From assembly GCA_964016885.1 (NCBI GenBank), contig OZ024743.1, forward strand, positions 115,072,001-115,136,000: 64,000 nt of DNA, in the 5' to 3' direction. The position numbers and the translations under genes are program-made. Position 1 is the first letter of the stretch. Each line of letters starts with the position of its first letter. Positions 1 through 12,523 of this stretch are shown one piece after another. This stretch comes from Eledone cirrhosa (lineage: Eukaryota). The notes under the pieces were generated by a model. It saw only the letters and a program-made list of their open reading frames with translations. It was not told the DNA's origin and searched no databases.

Positions 1-35
1 CTATCCATCCATGTATACATACATACCGTCACCCA

Positions 36-665
36 TGTCATAAGCAGCTGTCCAAAGATGTCATCTCGGTACTATCTACCTATGAGGCATGATGTAGTGG
101 CCAAAACACTCTACAATGCAATCCGTAGAAAAGATATCCCCGGCAATAAACACATTAAAAGCTATAGCAATGTGGAAGACATACATCATATGAAAGAGTA
201 CTGATGGAATGTTCCAGTAAAACCCCCAATAAAATGCAGGCATAACAGACCAGATATTATGATATGGGATAGGGGAAAGAAGGCATGCACAGTAGTGCAA
301 GTTAGCTGCCCAACTCTTGAGGAGCTTTACTTCACAGAAATAGAAAAAACACGACTTTTTAGGAAATTACAAGTACAATCCATTAAGGGAACAGTAAAAA
401 TATGTAAAACATTCCCAAAACTCTGCATCTAATAACTGAATATACACTTGTACAGATACAAAGCATATGCACACATACAACTCAAAACATCCACATACAC
501 ACATACAATAACATCCATAGCTGCACGCACATGCATACATATCTACCTAGTTGATGTTGTGAACATTCCAACGAGAGGTTTGTATCTATGTTAGAAACCG
601 GCTCTCTCTCTATTGGAAAAAATTTGTGAAATTATAAAACCAGAAGAACATACATACATACAAAC
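36..665 (+). mobile_element. 3' fragment of an R4/Dong-like (RLE-endonuclease) LINE, degraded, with (TACA)n tail
   Basis: Translates to HVISSCPKMSSRYYLPMRHDVVAK (end of CCHC knuckle plus RHD motif) and HNRPDIMIWD (RLE PD motif). Ends in a catacataca tail. Paralogous to 30963-31745. Confidence 0.75.
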
Positions 666-669
666 ATAT

Positions 670-1130
670 GTGATTGCTGCCCACTCGTTGTCGAATATGG
701 CCATCCCACGAGAAATAATTAATAATATCGTCATCTCCCACGACTCCACCTGGCGCTCATCCTTGTTCCCGTTCCAACACTTGTCCCTTTATGTCCACCC
801 TCACAACTCTTACAGGCCCTAGCGGGCCTTTCCGTATCTTCCATTCCTTCACCTGCACATGCACCCACGTTGTCTATGCCCTACGGTGTTCCCTTTGCGG
901 GTCTTTATATATTGGACAAACGGGACACCGTATGGTGGACCGTTTTGTCGAACATTTGAGGGGCATACGACTCGGCTTGGATACTCCTCTCGCCCGTCAT
1001 TTCTGTTCTCCTGGTCATTCTTCCCTAGATGTTTCAGTCCTGGGTGTCATTTTACATCATGAATCACAGGCTCACCGACCAGGACTGAACACAATCTGAT
1101 TCACCGCCTTGGGTCCTATTCCCCTCTTGG
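670..1130 (+). mobile_element. Penelope-like element GIY-YIG endonuclease remnant
   Basis: ORF 791-1099 has FTCTCTHVVYALRCSLCGSLYIGQTG...RFVEH...PLARHF, the PLE-type GIY-YIG with a CxxC insert. The probable 3' UTR with an HHR-like motif resumes after the Helitron at 7383-7580. Confidence 0.85.
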
Positions 1131-2042
1131 ACACAACTCACCTCCGCAATTTCTCTAACACCCCGTCCATTATCACACCCCTAGATTCCTATCGCTTTCT
1201 CTTGATCATTGGCAGCTCCTCTTACAACACATACATGCTAACTATATATGCTCACTCCACTTTTCCCTTCATTGCTCTGTATACACACATACACACCCTT
1301 ATATTAACATACTTTTGCTCATAGCTTCGTAATTACATACACACACACTGTTTTACACACATATACACACATTTATTCTCATCTTCGTACGGACGTATAA
1401 TAACACACACACAGATACTTGCGCACGTTCTCTTTTTACAAACGTTTTTTTTTCCATTTCAGGTAGACGCGCTCCATCATCCACTTTTCTAAAAAATAAA
1501 TCCCACACAAGACGCCAGCACCAACAGTTTTGCAAGAGATGTCGACATGAATGGACCTGTTATCTATATATTAATTTCAACAACGTTATTATTCCGTGTC
1601 ATAATTCTCGATTATCATTGGTTCATAGGTTTCAAATGACTCCGCCCACCTCAACGACGCCAAACTGAAATTAATAGGCATAATGCCAAAGAGGGAGTGA
1701 GAGGGGAGAGTGTGAACGCTGTGTTCAATAACTATTAACATGTGTGCATGTGTATGTACTTGCGCGTATGTTTATGTGTGTGTGCGTGCGTGCAGCGTTC
1801 AACAGAAAGTAAAAACTATCAACTTATGTGAGTGTATGCGCGTTTAAGTTTGCGTGCGTGTGCGCGTTTCCATGCGTGTATGTGTGAGGCGTTCCACAAA
1901 CGCCACGCAGTTTATCTGTCTGTGTGCCTGTCTGTTAGTCTAACATACACAGAGTTTTGAAGGGTGTAAATAGGGACCTTTCTTTACGTTGCCGAACATC
2001 TTATATATTTATTATTGTATCATTTTTTTACAATTGCTCGAA

Positions 2043-5000
2043 ATGAATACTGATAATAAAAGCAATTTGACTTTATCAAACAGTGAACTACAGCGGCGAC
2101 GGCGTGCAGCCAGGAATGAAGAAAAACGGGCCGAACAGCGCCATCGGCACGCCAAATTTCAGAGGCGAAGTAGTGCCGCCATGTATGAAGAGGAGCTGGC
2201 TGAACAACGCCAACGAAACACTGGAGCCAAGCAGCGACGGGGTGCTGCGATGGTTGAAGACGAACTGGCTGAGCATCATCAGCAGATGGCCAGAATTCAG
2301 CAGCAACGGCGTGCTGCGATGGATGAAGAGGAGCTGGCTGAACAGCGTCAGCGCAATACAGAAGTTCAGAGAATGTGTCGCCAAAGTGCTCGTCATTCCA
2401 GTAAAGAGGCTAGAAGGCGAACGAATGATATTAAAAATGGATCAAGGCAACCGTGTCATTTTCAGATTGGTGGGCGAGCAGAGTGCCCACATTGTGGAGC
2501 ATTGCTTTGGGGGGACGAAAAGACGTGGACCACAATGTGCTGTCATAAAGGAGCAGTTCAACTAGAACCCTTGCGAATGCCGGATGATGAGGAGTCACCG
2601 GAGTTTAAAATACTAAGTATGTGGGATGATCAAGGAGACCGAGGTAGATTACTGCGCAAATATTCGCGGCAAATTAACAATTCATTAGCTTTAGCATCGA
2701 AGAGAGTTAGTGAGATGTTTGAGAGTGGAGCATGGCAACCGAATGTAGTCATTCAAGGCTGTTTGTATCATTGTATCGGTAATTTAAAAGTTACCCCAGG
2801 AGATAGGTCTCGATTCGTTCAAATTTACGTTAACGATCCAGATTATAGTCAATAGGAGGAGGATATCAGGATCAGTTGGATGTAGTTGCCGGGAAATATA
2901 ACTGAACTTGAACGGCAAAGGTTAAGTGATTTGATCCGTGATTTGCAATCATGGCTTAGAGAGTGTAATCCTTATGTTATGGATTTCATGTTGGTGGCTG
3001 AACTGCAAGATGTTCAGCAGCAAACATTGGTGATTAAGGTTGACGCAGTGCCAAGGAATCAACACGAACGGCGATATAATGCCCCTGAAGGATTTCGTGA
3101 AGTTGCTGTGTTGATGGACGATAAGCCTGGATCGAGAGATATCGTCCTCAATCACAGAGATGTGGTCGCAAGACTATCAATGAGTCAAATAGGGCATACG
3201 ATCCATTGCATTATGTTCTTTTATTCCCAAAAGGTGAAAATGGATGGAACATGTCTGTTCATTTAGATGATCATGATAATCAGCATCAACAGGGAGGTGG
3301 CAATAGACACAATAATTCGATTCGCGGCTTTTACGCGTTCCATTTGACGAGAGGAATCAACAGAGAAATGCACTATTTCAAGCCAGCAGATTGTTCCAGG
3401 AATAGTGTTGTATGGCATTCGCAAAGATCGAAAATCAAAGGCTGAATTATATAGCTACACATCAGCAACATATCAGAGCTGAATTGTATAATAATATACA
3501 GGATGCAATAACAGCCGATGATGCCAATTACAAGCAAATTGGTCGACGCATCATTTTGCCATCGTCGTTCATCGGCGGCCCGAGATATATGAACATTCGT
3601 TATCAGGATGCAATGGCTATTGTCAGAATGTTTGGAAAGCCATATTTGTTTATAACGGTTACATGCAATCCTGAATGGACTAATATTAAGGATGCACTTT
3701 TGCCAGGACAACAGCGAAAGGACCGTCCTGATATTCAAAGGATATCTGAAAAAGATATTGGATGATGTCGAAAAAGAGGGAATCTTTGGAGGTATAGTTG
3801 CTTTTACATACGTAATTGAATTCCAAAAAAGAGGATTGCCACAGGCACATTTGCTGATCATTTTACTTAGAGATTGCAAATTGAGATGTGGTGAGGATGT
3901 CGACAGCATTGTGTGTGCTGAACTGCCGGAGAATGAGGCACTACGCAACTTGGTGGCAAATTCAATGGTGCTCAACCAATGCGGAGTGGCAAATCGGAAA
4001 GCGCCTTGCATGAAAAATGGCCAATGCAAAATGTAAACGGTCGACAGGTTACAAATCAATGGGTTGTGCCATACAATCCATATTTGATTATGAAATATCG
4101 TTGTCATATTAATGTGGAAATTTGTAGCTCAGTGAAAGCTTGCAAATATCTATTCAAATATGTTTACAAAGGTCATGATCGGGCAATGATCAATGTCAGG
4201 AATGAGGAAGCGAACCAAGGAGATGAAGTTGGCAGGTTCCAGGATATTCGCTCGATTGGATCTAGCGAAGCTTGCTGGAGATTATTCGATTTTGATCTCA
4301 ATGAACGCAAACCCAGTGTTCAGAAACTTACGGTTCACTTAGAGAATAGGCAAATGGTCTGTTTTCAGGACACTAGAAGAGGTATCGAAAGAATTGCTAA
4401 CGCACCACCTCCTAAGACGGAATTGACAGTGGTTCAAGCATAATAGGGAACATGCTTTGAACCTGGATCAAAGGCAACTCTACTGCGATTTCCCTTCGCA
4501 CTATACGTGGGATAAGAAGGGAAAGAAATGGAATGATAGAAAACAAAAGTTGAGATTCATGACTATTGGACGGGTTTGTAATGTCTATCCAGCATCTGGT
4601 GATGCCTTTTATCTCCGAATTCTGTTGCATAGTGAATTTTTCGAGAGGTAAACAGAGCTTCGCTGATTTGAAAACAATCAATGGCGTGGAATATTAAACA
4701 TACCAGGCTGTGTGTCAACATCTGGGACTCCTTCAGGATGACGCTGAATGTAATAACGCCATGGGACTGCAGGAACAACACAGATGCCAGCTCAAATAAG
4801 GCAGTTGTTTGTCACGATTCTAGGATTCTGCAATCCTGCCGATCCAAGAGAGTTATTTGAACGCCATTGGGGAATTATAGCTGATGATTTTAGGCATCAT
4901 CTTCAGATCGATGATGAAAATTTGATGAAGGCTATTGTTTTGCTCAATATTGAGCAACTGCTTGAAGTTCATTTGAAATGTTTAAGAGATTTCAATTTGC

Positions 5001-6476
5001 CAATTCCTGATGAAGAAATGCGGCAACGTGTCTTAGCATTGAACATGAGATTGCAGCTTAGACGGTTGCCACTCGGTCGGAGGGAACTATTCCAGTTTGA
5101 TCCACTAGAACAGCAACGTATTGTGGATGAACGTATGCCAATGTTAACCAAATCTCAGAGAGAATTGGTCAATGGCGTTCTCCACTCGAATTCCACTAAT
5201 TAGCAACTGTGTGCTTTCATAGATGCTGTTATCGGCAGTCAGAGCTCAGAGGAAGATTGCTCTCCCTGTGGCCACCAGTGGGATCGCTGCCACTTTCCTG
5301 AGTGGTGGAAGGACCTTCCACTCATGCTTCAAGGCTCCATTGGCTCCGGATGAGTTGAGTGTCTGTAAGGACAAAGTGAACTCGCGGGCCTTATACGCAA
5401 TACGTCTCTGATTATTTGGGATGAGGCTCCAATGGCACAGATATTTGCTGGAGGCATTGAACAGAACTTTGAGAGATATCTGCGGTAGTGACCTGCAATT
5501 CGGTGGTAAGACTATCGTTCTTGGTGGCGATTTCAGACAGGTGCTACCAATTGTTAGGAATGCTCAAAGAGCGCAAATTGTCGATGCATGTCTGAGAAAG
5601 TCCCTGTTGTGGTGCCATTTCAGAGTTTTGCGATTACACGATAATATGCGACTTCGTATGTTCGGGCAAAACGAAGAAGCTGAGACATACGGCCGATGGT
5701 TGATGCAGTTGGGAAACAATGAATTGCTACACGTTGGTGATAATCAGACTGTAAGAATCCCAGACCAGTGGCGGTCATGCCACTGGACCGCCAAGCATTG
5801 ATTGACTGGGTGTTCCCTAATTTGAATGCTTTTTAGCAGAATATCTCCTGGATATCGGAACGCGTTATTCTAACTCATACGAATGCAACGGTCGATGAAA
5901 TAAATTCACAAGGAGCCGGAATATGTTCTGGAGAGGAATGGTTGACCGTCAGTGCAGATGCAATGGAGCCAAATCAGCAGAACAATATGGATGTTCTGAC
6001 TGAGTATCTGAATTCACTTCAAATACCCGGATTTCCCCCGACATATTTTGAGGTTAAAAAAGGGTATGCCGATTATATTGCTTAGAAATATCAATCATAA
6101 AATGGGTCTTTGCAATGGTACCAGATTGATTGTTGAGAAATTGATTAACGGAAGAGTTTTAGAAGTCAAACTCCCAGGCAGAGAGGAATCGGTTCTCATT
6201 CCGAAGATCATGCTGAGACCAGATTAAGATCTGCTGCCATTCATTTGGCAAAGGAGACAGTTTCCCGTCAATTTGGCCTTCTCAATGACTGTCAACAAGG
6301 CACAGGGACAGACTTTCAAGCGAGTCGGTGTCTACTTGAATGATCCAGCATTCAGCCATGGGTAACTGCATGTTGTTGCATCTCCAGTGTGCGATCCTGA
6401 TGGTATAAAATTTGCAATTGATACCACTAACAGAGGAACAACCCTGAATATTGTCTATAATGAAGCTTTGAGCTGA
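2043..6476 (+). pseudogene. Helitron Rep/Pif1-helicase (RepHel) pseudogene with many frameshifts and stops
   Basis: Motifs seen: N-terminal EEELAEQRQRN repeats, CPHC..CC zinc motif, ILPSSFIGGPRYM, FITVTCNPEW, VIEFQKRGLPQAH (HUH motif, H to Q), YLFKYVYKG (Y2), ATSGIAA, GGDFRQVLP, MTVNKAQGQT. The Walker A segment appears deleted near 5222. Confidence 0.92.
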
Positions 6477-7036
6477 TGTATGCATATCTTTAATGCTATC
6501 AATAAGCGACGTAAATGATTCGGACATTGGTGTCCTTTGATCAATATTGTGAACTTTAACAGAGTTATCATTTATGTTCAATGTCATTTATTGTCGATAA
6601 TGAGCAATAAAAACCAACAAGTATTGGTAGAAATTGCCTTCAAATTTATCGCTTCTGATTGCAGTGGTAATAAAACCTCATCATATACTGAGTCTGGCAA
6701 AAGATTTGGTGCCTATGGCCGGCCAGGGCTAGAGTAATATTGAAAAAAAACGATTCTATTTTCGAAGTAGAAGGATCCGCCATTTGGATTTCAAACCAGG
6801 CCACCTCCCCGAGTTGAACTCTGGGGAATATTGACTGTCTATTACTCAGTGGCTAAGACCTGGAAATTACTGAATAAATTATTGTGTCATATAATTTGTT
6901 GTTTTAGTATTATAGCTGACCACTTATAGATAAGCATGTTATCCATATCCATATTAATTTGGCATTTGTATAAACCATTTCAAGTAAATAGGGACCTTTT
7001 TACATTGACGGATATCTTTTATATTAATTCTCTATA

Positions 7037-7382
7037 TCTACATATAATATAAAAGATTGGAACTTCCATCATCCTTTTGAGAAACATAGAACAACCACGT
7101 CTATGCAATGATACACGTTTTACAGTCAGGCAGAAGATGAACCATCTTCTACAGATAACTATTCTGGGTGTGAGCACCTAAAATTGTTCATATACTATGC
7201 ACAAACGGTACTACGAAGAATCTGGTATATCTGGAAGAGTTTTTTAACTGTTTTTGTATCACACAGACACCACGGACTCGCCTCATACTGTTACCAGACA
7301 AACATCCAATACAGTCATTTTCTCTTTTACCTGTCTTCTCTTATCATCTGTTTACCCGGGAGAAGCTGGGGACGTCAGCTAG
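7037..7382 (+). mobile_element. Possible short non-autonomous Helitron supplying the 3' end
   Basis: A second Helitron-type start, A|TCTACATATAATATAAAAG, lies at 7037, 345 bp before the hairpin-CTAG terminus. Confidence 0.45.
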
Positions 7383-7599
7383 TATTTATCTAAAGGCATT
7401 TTTTCCAATTCGATCCACCCTGTCCCCTCAATCTATCTTATTTCTCATTCTTTCTTCCGACGAAGGACTAGCGTCCGAAACGTTAAGACCATCTTCCTGT
7501 TATATCAAGCGTTAACCTAACATATCCCTTCCATATACTGTACCGCTTGTGTTGTTATTTCTGTTTACCTTTGACAAACACACACATATATATATATAT

Positions 7600-8260
7600 A
7601 AATGGAATAGAATGAAACGAAATTTCATTTCTCACTCTTAGTACGGCACTTACTTAAATGTAATTATGTATGTATGTATACGTACTTACATATATGTATA
7701 CAGACGTACAGTAGTATGTATATATATACATACATGCACACATATATATATGCACGTATCGGTTTACCGAACATTTATTATAATGCTCGGTTTGTTCGTT
7801 TGTATACATAAATGTATGTACGTATACATACATACATACATTTAAGTAAGTGCCGTACTAAGAGTGAGAAATGAAATTTTTTTTTTATTCTATTCCATTT
7901 ATCATTTTCGGTGCGCCCAGCCGACTGAACTCACTCGCTATGCAAATTAGGCTGCTCAGCCGTTAATATGCATAAGGAAAGTATATACATTCAGACGTTC
8001 AACCATCTGACAGGAAGGTATACGATGCTGACGATAGCTAATAAGCTTGAAACTAGTACATCGTTCCTGTGTCTGTGTTGAACAAAAAGGTGATGTGGTT
8101 GCCTAAACACTGTACGGCGTAATTCGAGCTATTTGTTTGTTTACAAACGAATAAACCGAGCATTATAATAAATGTTCGATAAACCGATACGTGCATATAT
8201 ATATGTGTGCATGTATGTATATACATACTACTGTACGTCTGTATACAATATGTATGTACT
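7600..8260 (+). mobile_element. Non-autonomous PLE/retrozyme-like unit with an inverted partial copy
   Basis: 7600-7702 is the reverse complement of ~7801-7900, and ~7690-7805 is the reverse complement of ~8141-8255. The ~440-bp unit 7801-8245 contains an HHR and no credible ORF. Confidence 0.65.
8022..8064 (+). ncRNA. Type I minimal hammerhead ribozyme
   Basis: Sequence ACGATG-CTGACGA-t-AGCT-aata-AGCT-t-GAAA-CTAG-TA-CATCGT: 6-bp stem I, canonical core, palindromic minimal stem III, GTA cleavage triplet. Confidence 0.8.
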
Positions 8261-8939
8261 TATAAATACATACATACTTACATTTATATATATATATATA
8301 TATAGAAACATATATATACACATACATACATGCACACACATATATACATACATATGCACATACACATACATACACACAAACACGCATATACATACACACA
8401 CACCCACACACATACATATACACACATATATATTAACAATTAATCATGCTGCGATCGAATGTGGCTTTTCAGCCGACCCAATCTTCTAAAATGTGTTGCA
8501 CAGAGTTGTTAACCAAAACATTCACTGGCAACAGCCGGCTGTAATTGGATTTCATGTACTTTTGCATGTCATTTGAGCCCTCCGCCTGATCTACATTCTC
8601 TTCCACATGCTTGAGAGGTATCATGAGCAGCATCTTCCACAGCAGCCTGGTAGTCAACCACTGGTCTCACTTTATGTCTGCGAAGATAACTTTCGAGTCC
8701 AGCTTTGCTGAGGCAGAGTCTCGCAGAGACGCTGCATGTCAGCGCCATAGGAGGACCTTCGCTGTCTGGAAATGCAACAGCCTCACATGCCTTTTTACTT
8801 TCACATTAAATTTAACTAATCTAGAAAAAAAGAAGATTACTGACCTACGAAAGACCATGATATATGACAATGCTTCTTACATGCAAAAAAAAAAAGCTTC
8901 CCTCCTCACCAACAAACAGGGAAAAATAAAATAGAAACG

Positions 8940-9430
8940 AGATACACATATACCACATATACCATTAGCTCAAACACACCCACTTGGCAAAAAACTACCG
9001 ACCCTTTGCATGCCAGAACCTGATGTATAAGATATATACAGCTTGCTTGAACCTATTTCTCCAAAATCACTATGAAAATAATAACATCATCACACATGAA
9101 CAAGCAGCTGCAAAGAAAGATGTTTGGGGGTGTGCTGAACAACTCCTAATAAACAAAACAGAGATGTTGGAGGTGCGACAACTTAGGAGGAATATGGCTA
9201 CAGTCAGGATGGACTACAGGAAAGCATTTAATTCTGTTCCCCACTCTTGGATGATAGACGCCCTCCGACATTATTATAAGAGACATTGAGAAGCTGTCAG
9301 CTTCTTGTGCTACTATCCTAAAGTTAAAAACAGAAGGAGGACTCTATTTTCACTGATAACATAGAATATCACAAGGAAATATTTGTAGGAGTCAGTCTCT
9401 TTGTGCTACTATTTAGTCCTAACACTCCAC
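8940..9430 (+). mobile_element. R4/Dong-like LINE reverse transcriptase fragment
   Basis: KNYRPFACQNLMYKIYT, EQAAAKK..GCAEQLLINK and DYRKAFNSVPHSW align with the RT at 47101. The array's left breakpoint lies inside this fragment. Confidence 0.85.
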
Positions 9431-9856
9431 CCTTCATCAGCTAAGTGCCCCACTCTAGACCTACCTCTCCAATACCCACCCTATATATTCGCACTTCCCC
9501 ACCCTGTTCACACTTATAGGGTCAAAGCCTCCATCCATAAAGTAAAGTAGTTGTTTTGGAGCTATGACAAAATGCGCCAGGTCTACATTATAAAATGGAC
9601 GTGTTGGTTTCACGAACAAATAGCGTACAACCCACAATGTAAAATGGTAGTTTGGGTGCCAGGATAACAAGCCCCATATCCACACTGTAAATGTGGTTAT
9701 TGTTAGGAAGGGCATCCAGCCATAGAAAACAAACCAGAAATAGTTATGTATGAGTGAGACACGGTCATCTGACCTGACTTGACACACAAGTCTAACCTAT
9801 GTTAGCGGGGAAAAATGGACATTAAAGGATGATATATATATATATATATATATATA

Positions 9857-10043
9857 ATTGTTTCTACTTTAGGCACAAGGCCAGCAAATACCCAGTGCAT
9901 TACTGGTACTTTATTCTATCGACCCCGTAAGGATGACAGGAAAAGTCAACCTCGGCAGGATTTGAACTCAGATTGTAAAGGGACGTAACTATGCTGGAAA
10001 GCATGGCGTCCGACCCTCTACCGATACTGCCAATCCACCGCCC
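9857..10043 (-). mobile_element. tRNA-derived SINE, present only in unit 1 at this site
   Basis: Minus strand has A-box TGGCAGTATCGG and B-box GAGTTCAAATCC. It is inserted in an (AT)n tract. The site is empty in units 2-6 (e.g. 13581-13600). Confidence 0.85.
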
Positions 10044-10539
10044 TATGATATGATATATATATATATATATAATCTACAGTAACTTGACGTTATATTCCCT
10101 ATATATATATATATATATATATATTCTGAATGTTAGCGGAAATTATAATATTTCCTTTGTCTAACACTTTGAATGACCCGCCAAAAAACCGGGGGTTATT
10201 TCCCTTGTTGGAAATAGCACGTGACAACTAAATGTTCGAATCGCTGCTGCTGGCGGCAACATTTAGGGTTTCGCCCCGTTCTTTGGTAGAACGAAATTCC
10301 TGTTGATGAAATGAGTCCTCTGTTCCATCATGAATACCAAGAGCTTGCCAGTTACGTAAGTCTGATATTTGATTTCGATTTCATAGAAACACTTTAAACG
10401 TATAACGTTTGATTTGTCCAGGTGTATTTTTTCAACCTGTTACTTCTTTCGTTACTTTGGTATTGTGTGTTGGATTTTGCCTATCACAATGTTTAATTTG
10501 TCAAGATATTTAAACGTATGTTATTACTCTCAGGACCTA

Positions 10540-10935
10540 CCCTTGTCGAGTGCTTTGCTAACTCATTCATATCATAGGTAGTATTTGCTTGCACACTGCC
10601 AAAGATTCTCTCCAGCGGTCTCTGTCCCTCATTATCGCTGCCATGTCCTGCGTCTCAAATACACCAGTGTCTGTCCTTAGGGCATCAACATACGTTAACC
10701 TTGGTCTTCCTCTTCTAGTGTGTCCATGTAGGGGCTCCCAAAGGAGCACTGAGTGCAACGTCAATTCTGGATGTCGGTGAGCATGTCCAGCTGATCTCAG
10801 TTTCCTCTGTGTCACGTTTGAGCTGACTTTTGGGATGCTCCCATACAGCTCTGAGTTTTTCATCCTCAGTGTATACTGATTAATGTTCAGAGCCATCCTC
10901 AGCATTCTCGTGTAGCACCCGTCCACCAATTTTCC
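10540..10935 (-). mobile_element. RTE-clade LINE 3' fragment
   Basis: DGCYTRMLRMALNI...RKLRSAGHAHRH...LLWEP.HG..RRGRPRLTYVD matches the C-terminal region typical of RTE-type ORF2. Confidence 0.8.
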
Positions 10936-11425
10936 TTAGAACCTAGCTAATAATAGTTCGTGAATCGTAAATAACTTCCGGGATGTATTTTATGGCTTTT
11001 TTCGTGACAATATAGATTTTAACATTAAATTATTTATAACGATATACAGTATTTGCCGGCCTATTGGACGCCCCTTCCATAATACGTTACCCCATTTGTT
11101 TTAGTTATATATTACGTTATATTTTGACGTTTATAGACATTTCTATGGAACACGGCAATGAATGCTCTAAGATCGTAATCCCCGCGAATACCTGGGGGAC
11201 TACTGTATATAAAGGAAGAAAACGAGATAATGTGTGTCGGGGTTAAAGGAAAAGACAACATACATATATCCTTTTACATATACAACATTGTACGTCCGAC
11301 CGCAGTACTGTTTCTTTATATCAAACCTAACTTGCTATGGTTGAGCAGTAGTTCGATTGTTTTCGTTAATATATTGCAACCAATAAGCAGCAATCGTAGA
11401 AAGAGAAAGGAAAATGAAAACAAAA

Positions 11426-11853
11426 TTAATTTTTATTATCACACTTGTCTTCGAGACACTTGTAATAGTAAAAATCTAAAAATGCTATGGTTAGTTAGTT
11501 TATATATTTGGTTAACGCGGTAAATTGCGTTTTCTGTGGTTCTTAAAACTTCATAATAATACAAATTTAGCAAAGAAACAATAAAGTAAAATAAATGATA
11601 TGATAGTACAAAATAAATGTGCGTTACCACTAGTTGATACTTCAGTTAGAATACTAAAGATGTAGTAGAATTATATACACATAAATTAATACATATACAA
11701 TAATATATCTTCTTATTTCTGTCACAAGTATTCAGTCTTGACCACCACGTCTTTTGGCAGGCATAATCATATAGAGTGTAACCTCGCTGTGCTGAGATTA
11801 ATCCATCCTGTTCCTAGAAAACAAAGTACGAACACAAACATAAAGCTTGCCAT
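11426..11853 (-). pseudogene. Array copy 1 of the candidate secreted-peptide gene, frameshifted
   Basis: Exon 1 at 11853-11783 is 71 nt because a 4-bp GGAT duplication shifts the frame. Exon 2 is 11475-11426. The intron is shortened by an 874-bp deletion. Confidence 0.5.
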
Positions 11854-12019
11854 GGCCAGAGTGGTTTGTTTGAGGTCGTTGTTTACAGGAGCGATGTAAG
11901 AGCAATTTCATAAATATATTTTATTTGTTCCGGTAAAAATTCGCCAATTACAAACAAGAATAAATGGCGCCTTTGTAAACAGATATATATGGTACATTTG
12001 TTGTAAAACAATTAAATAA

Positions 12020-12200
12020 TGGTTTCTTTTATAGGCACAAGGCCAGCAGTTTTGGGGGAGGGGGAGGTCGATTAAATCGACACCAGTGTGGGACTGGTAC
12101 TTTATTTTATCCACTCCGTAACGATGAAAGGCAAAGTTAACCTCGTCGGGATTTGAACTCAGATCATAAAGGGGCATAACACTATGCTGCAAAGTATGGT
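12020..12200 (-). mobile_element. Older 5'-truncated SINE copy, present in all six units
   Basis: Has the core aggcacaaggccagc...gactggtactttattttatc...gatttgaactcagatc and retains the B-box. Confidence 0.8.
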
Positions 12201-12341
12201 GCCTGAAGTTGCAGTAACATAGCGTGATTCATAATATACTATGTTTACGTTTAATGATCTTATCTCGCTATCAACATTTGAAACTATCGCAGTAGCTGTT
12301 GAGGTTGTTGTTTCAGGGTTACAGTTTAATATATATATAAC

Positions 12342-12523
12342 TGTTTCTACTTTAGGCACAAGGCCAGAAATTATCCAGAGTATTACTGGTACTTTATTTT
12401 ATCGACCCCGTAAGGATGAAAGGCTAAGTCAACCTCGGCGGGATTTGAACTCAGATCGTAAAGGGACGTAACTATGCTGGAAAGCATGGCGTCCGACCCT
12501 CTACTGATACTGCCAATCCACCG
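12342..12523 (-). mobile_element. Near-full-length SINE with 20-bp TSD (units 1-5; empty site in unit 6)
   Basis: Flanked by cagtttaatatatatataac at 12322-12341 and 12524-12543. The empty site is at 30565-30586. Confidence 0.9.

Larger units (their letters stand above)
1563..7382 (+). mobile_element. Helitron, decayed autonomous element, inserted in the PLE 3' region
   Basis: 5' end A|TCTATATATTAA at 1563. 3' hairpin CCCGG-GAGAAG-CTGGG then CTAG|T at 7379-7383. No TSD. Rep-Helicase remnants lie inside. Confidence 0.75.

Noticed and set aside
2088-4107. Antisense or alternate-frame ORFs over TE coding regions (also 45266-45658, 49603-50301, 61548-62144)
   Set aside because: Shadow ORFs of Helitron and LINE coding sequence, with no independent motifs.
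11700-11782. Apparent single-exon Cys-rich peptide in copy 1 (QRGYTLYDYACQKTWWSRLNTCDRNKK)
   Set aside because: It exists only because of the 874-bp deletion and needs a frameshift correction. The segment has stops in the other copies and continues a decayed SINE-like repeat.
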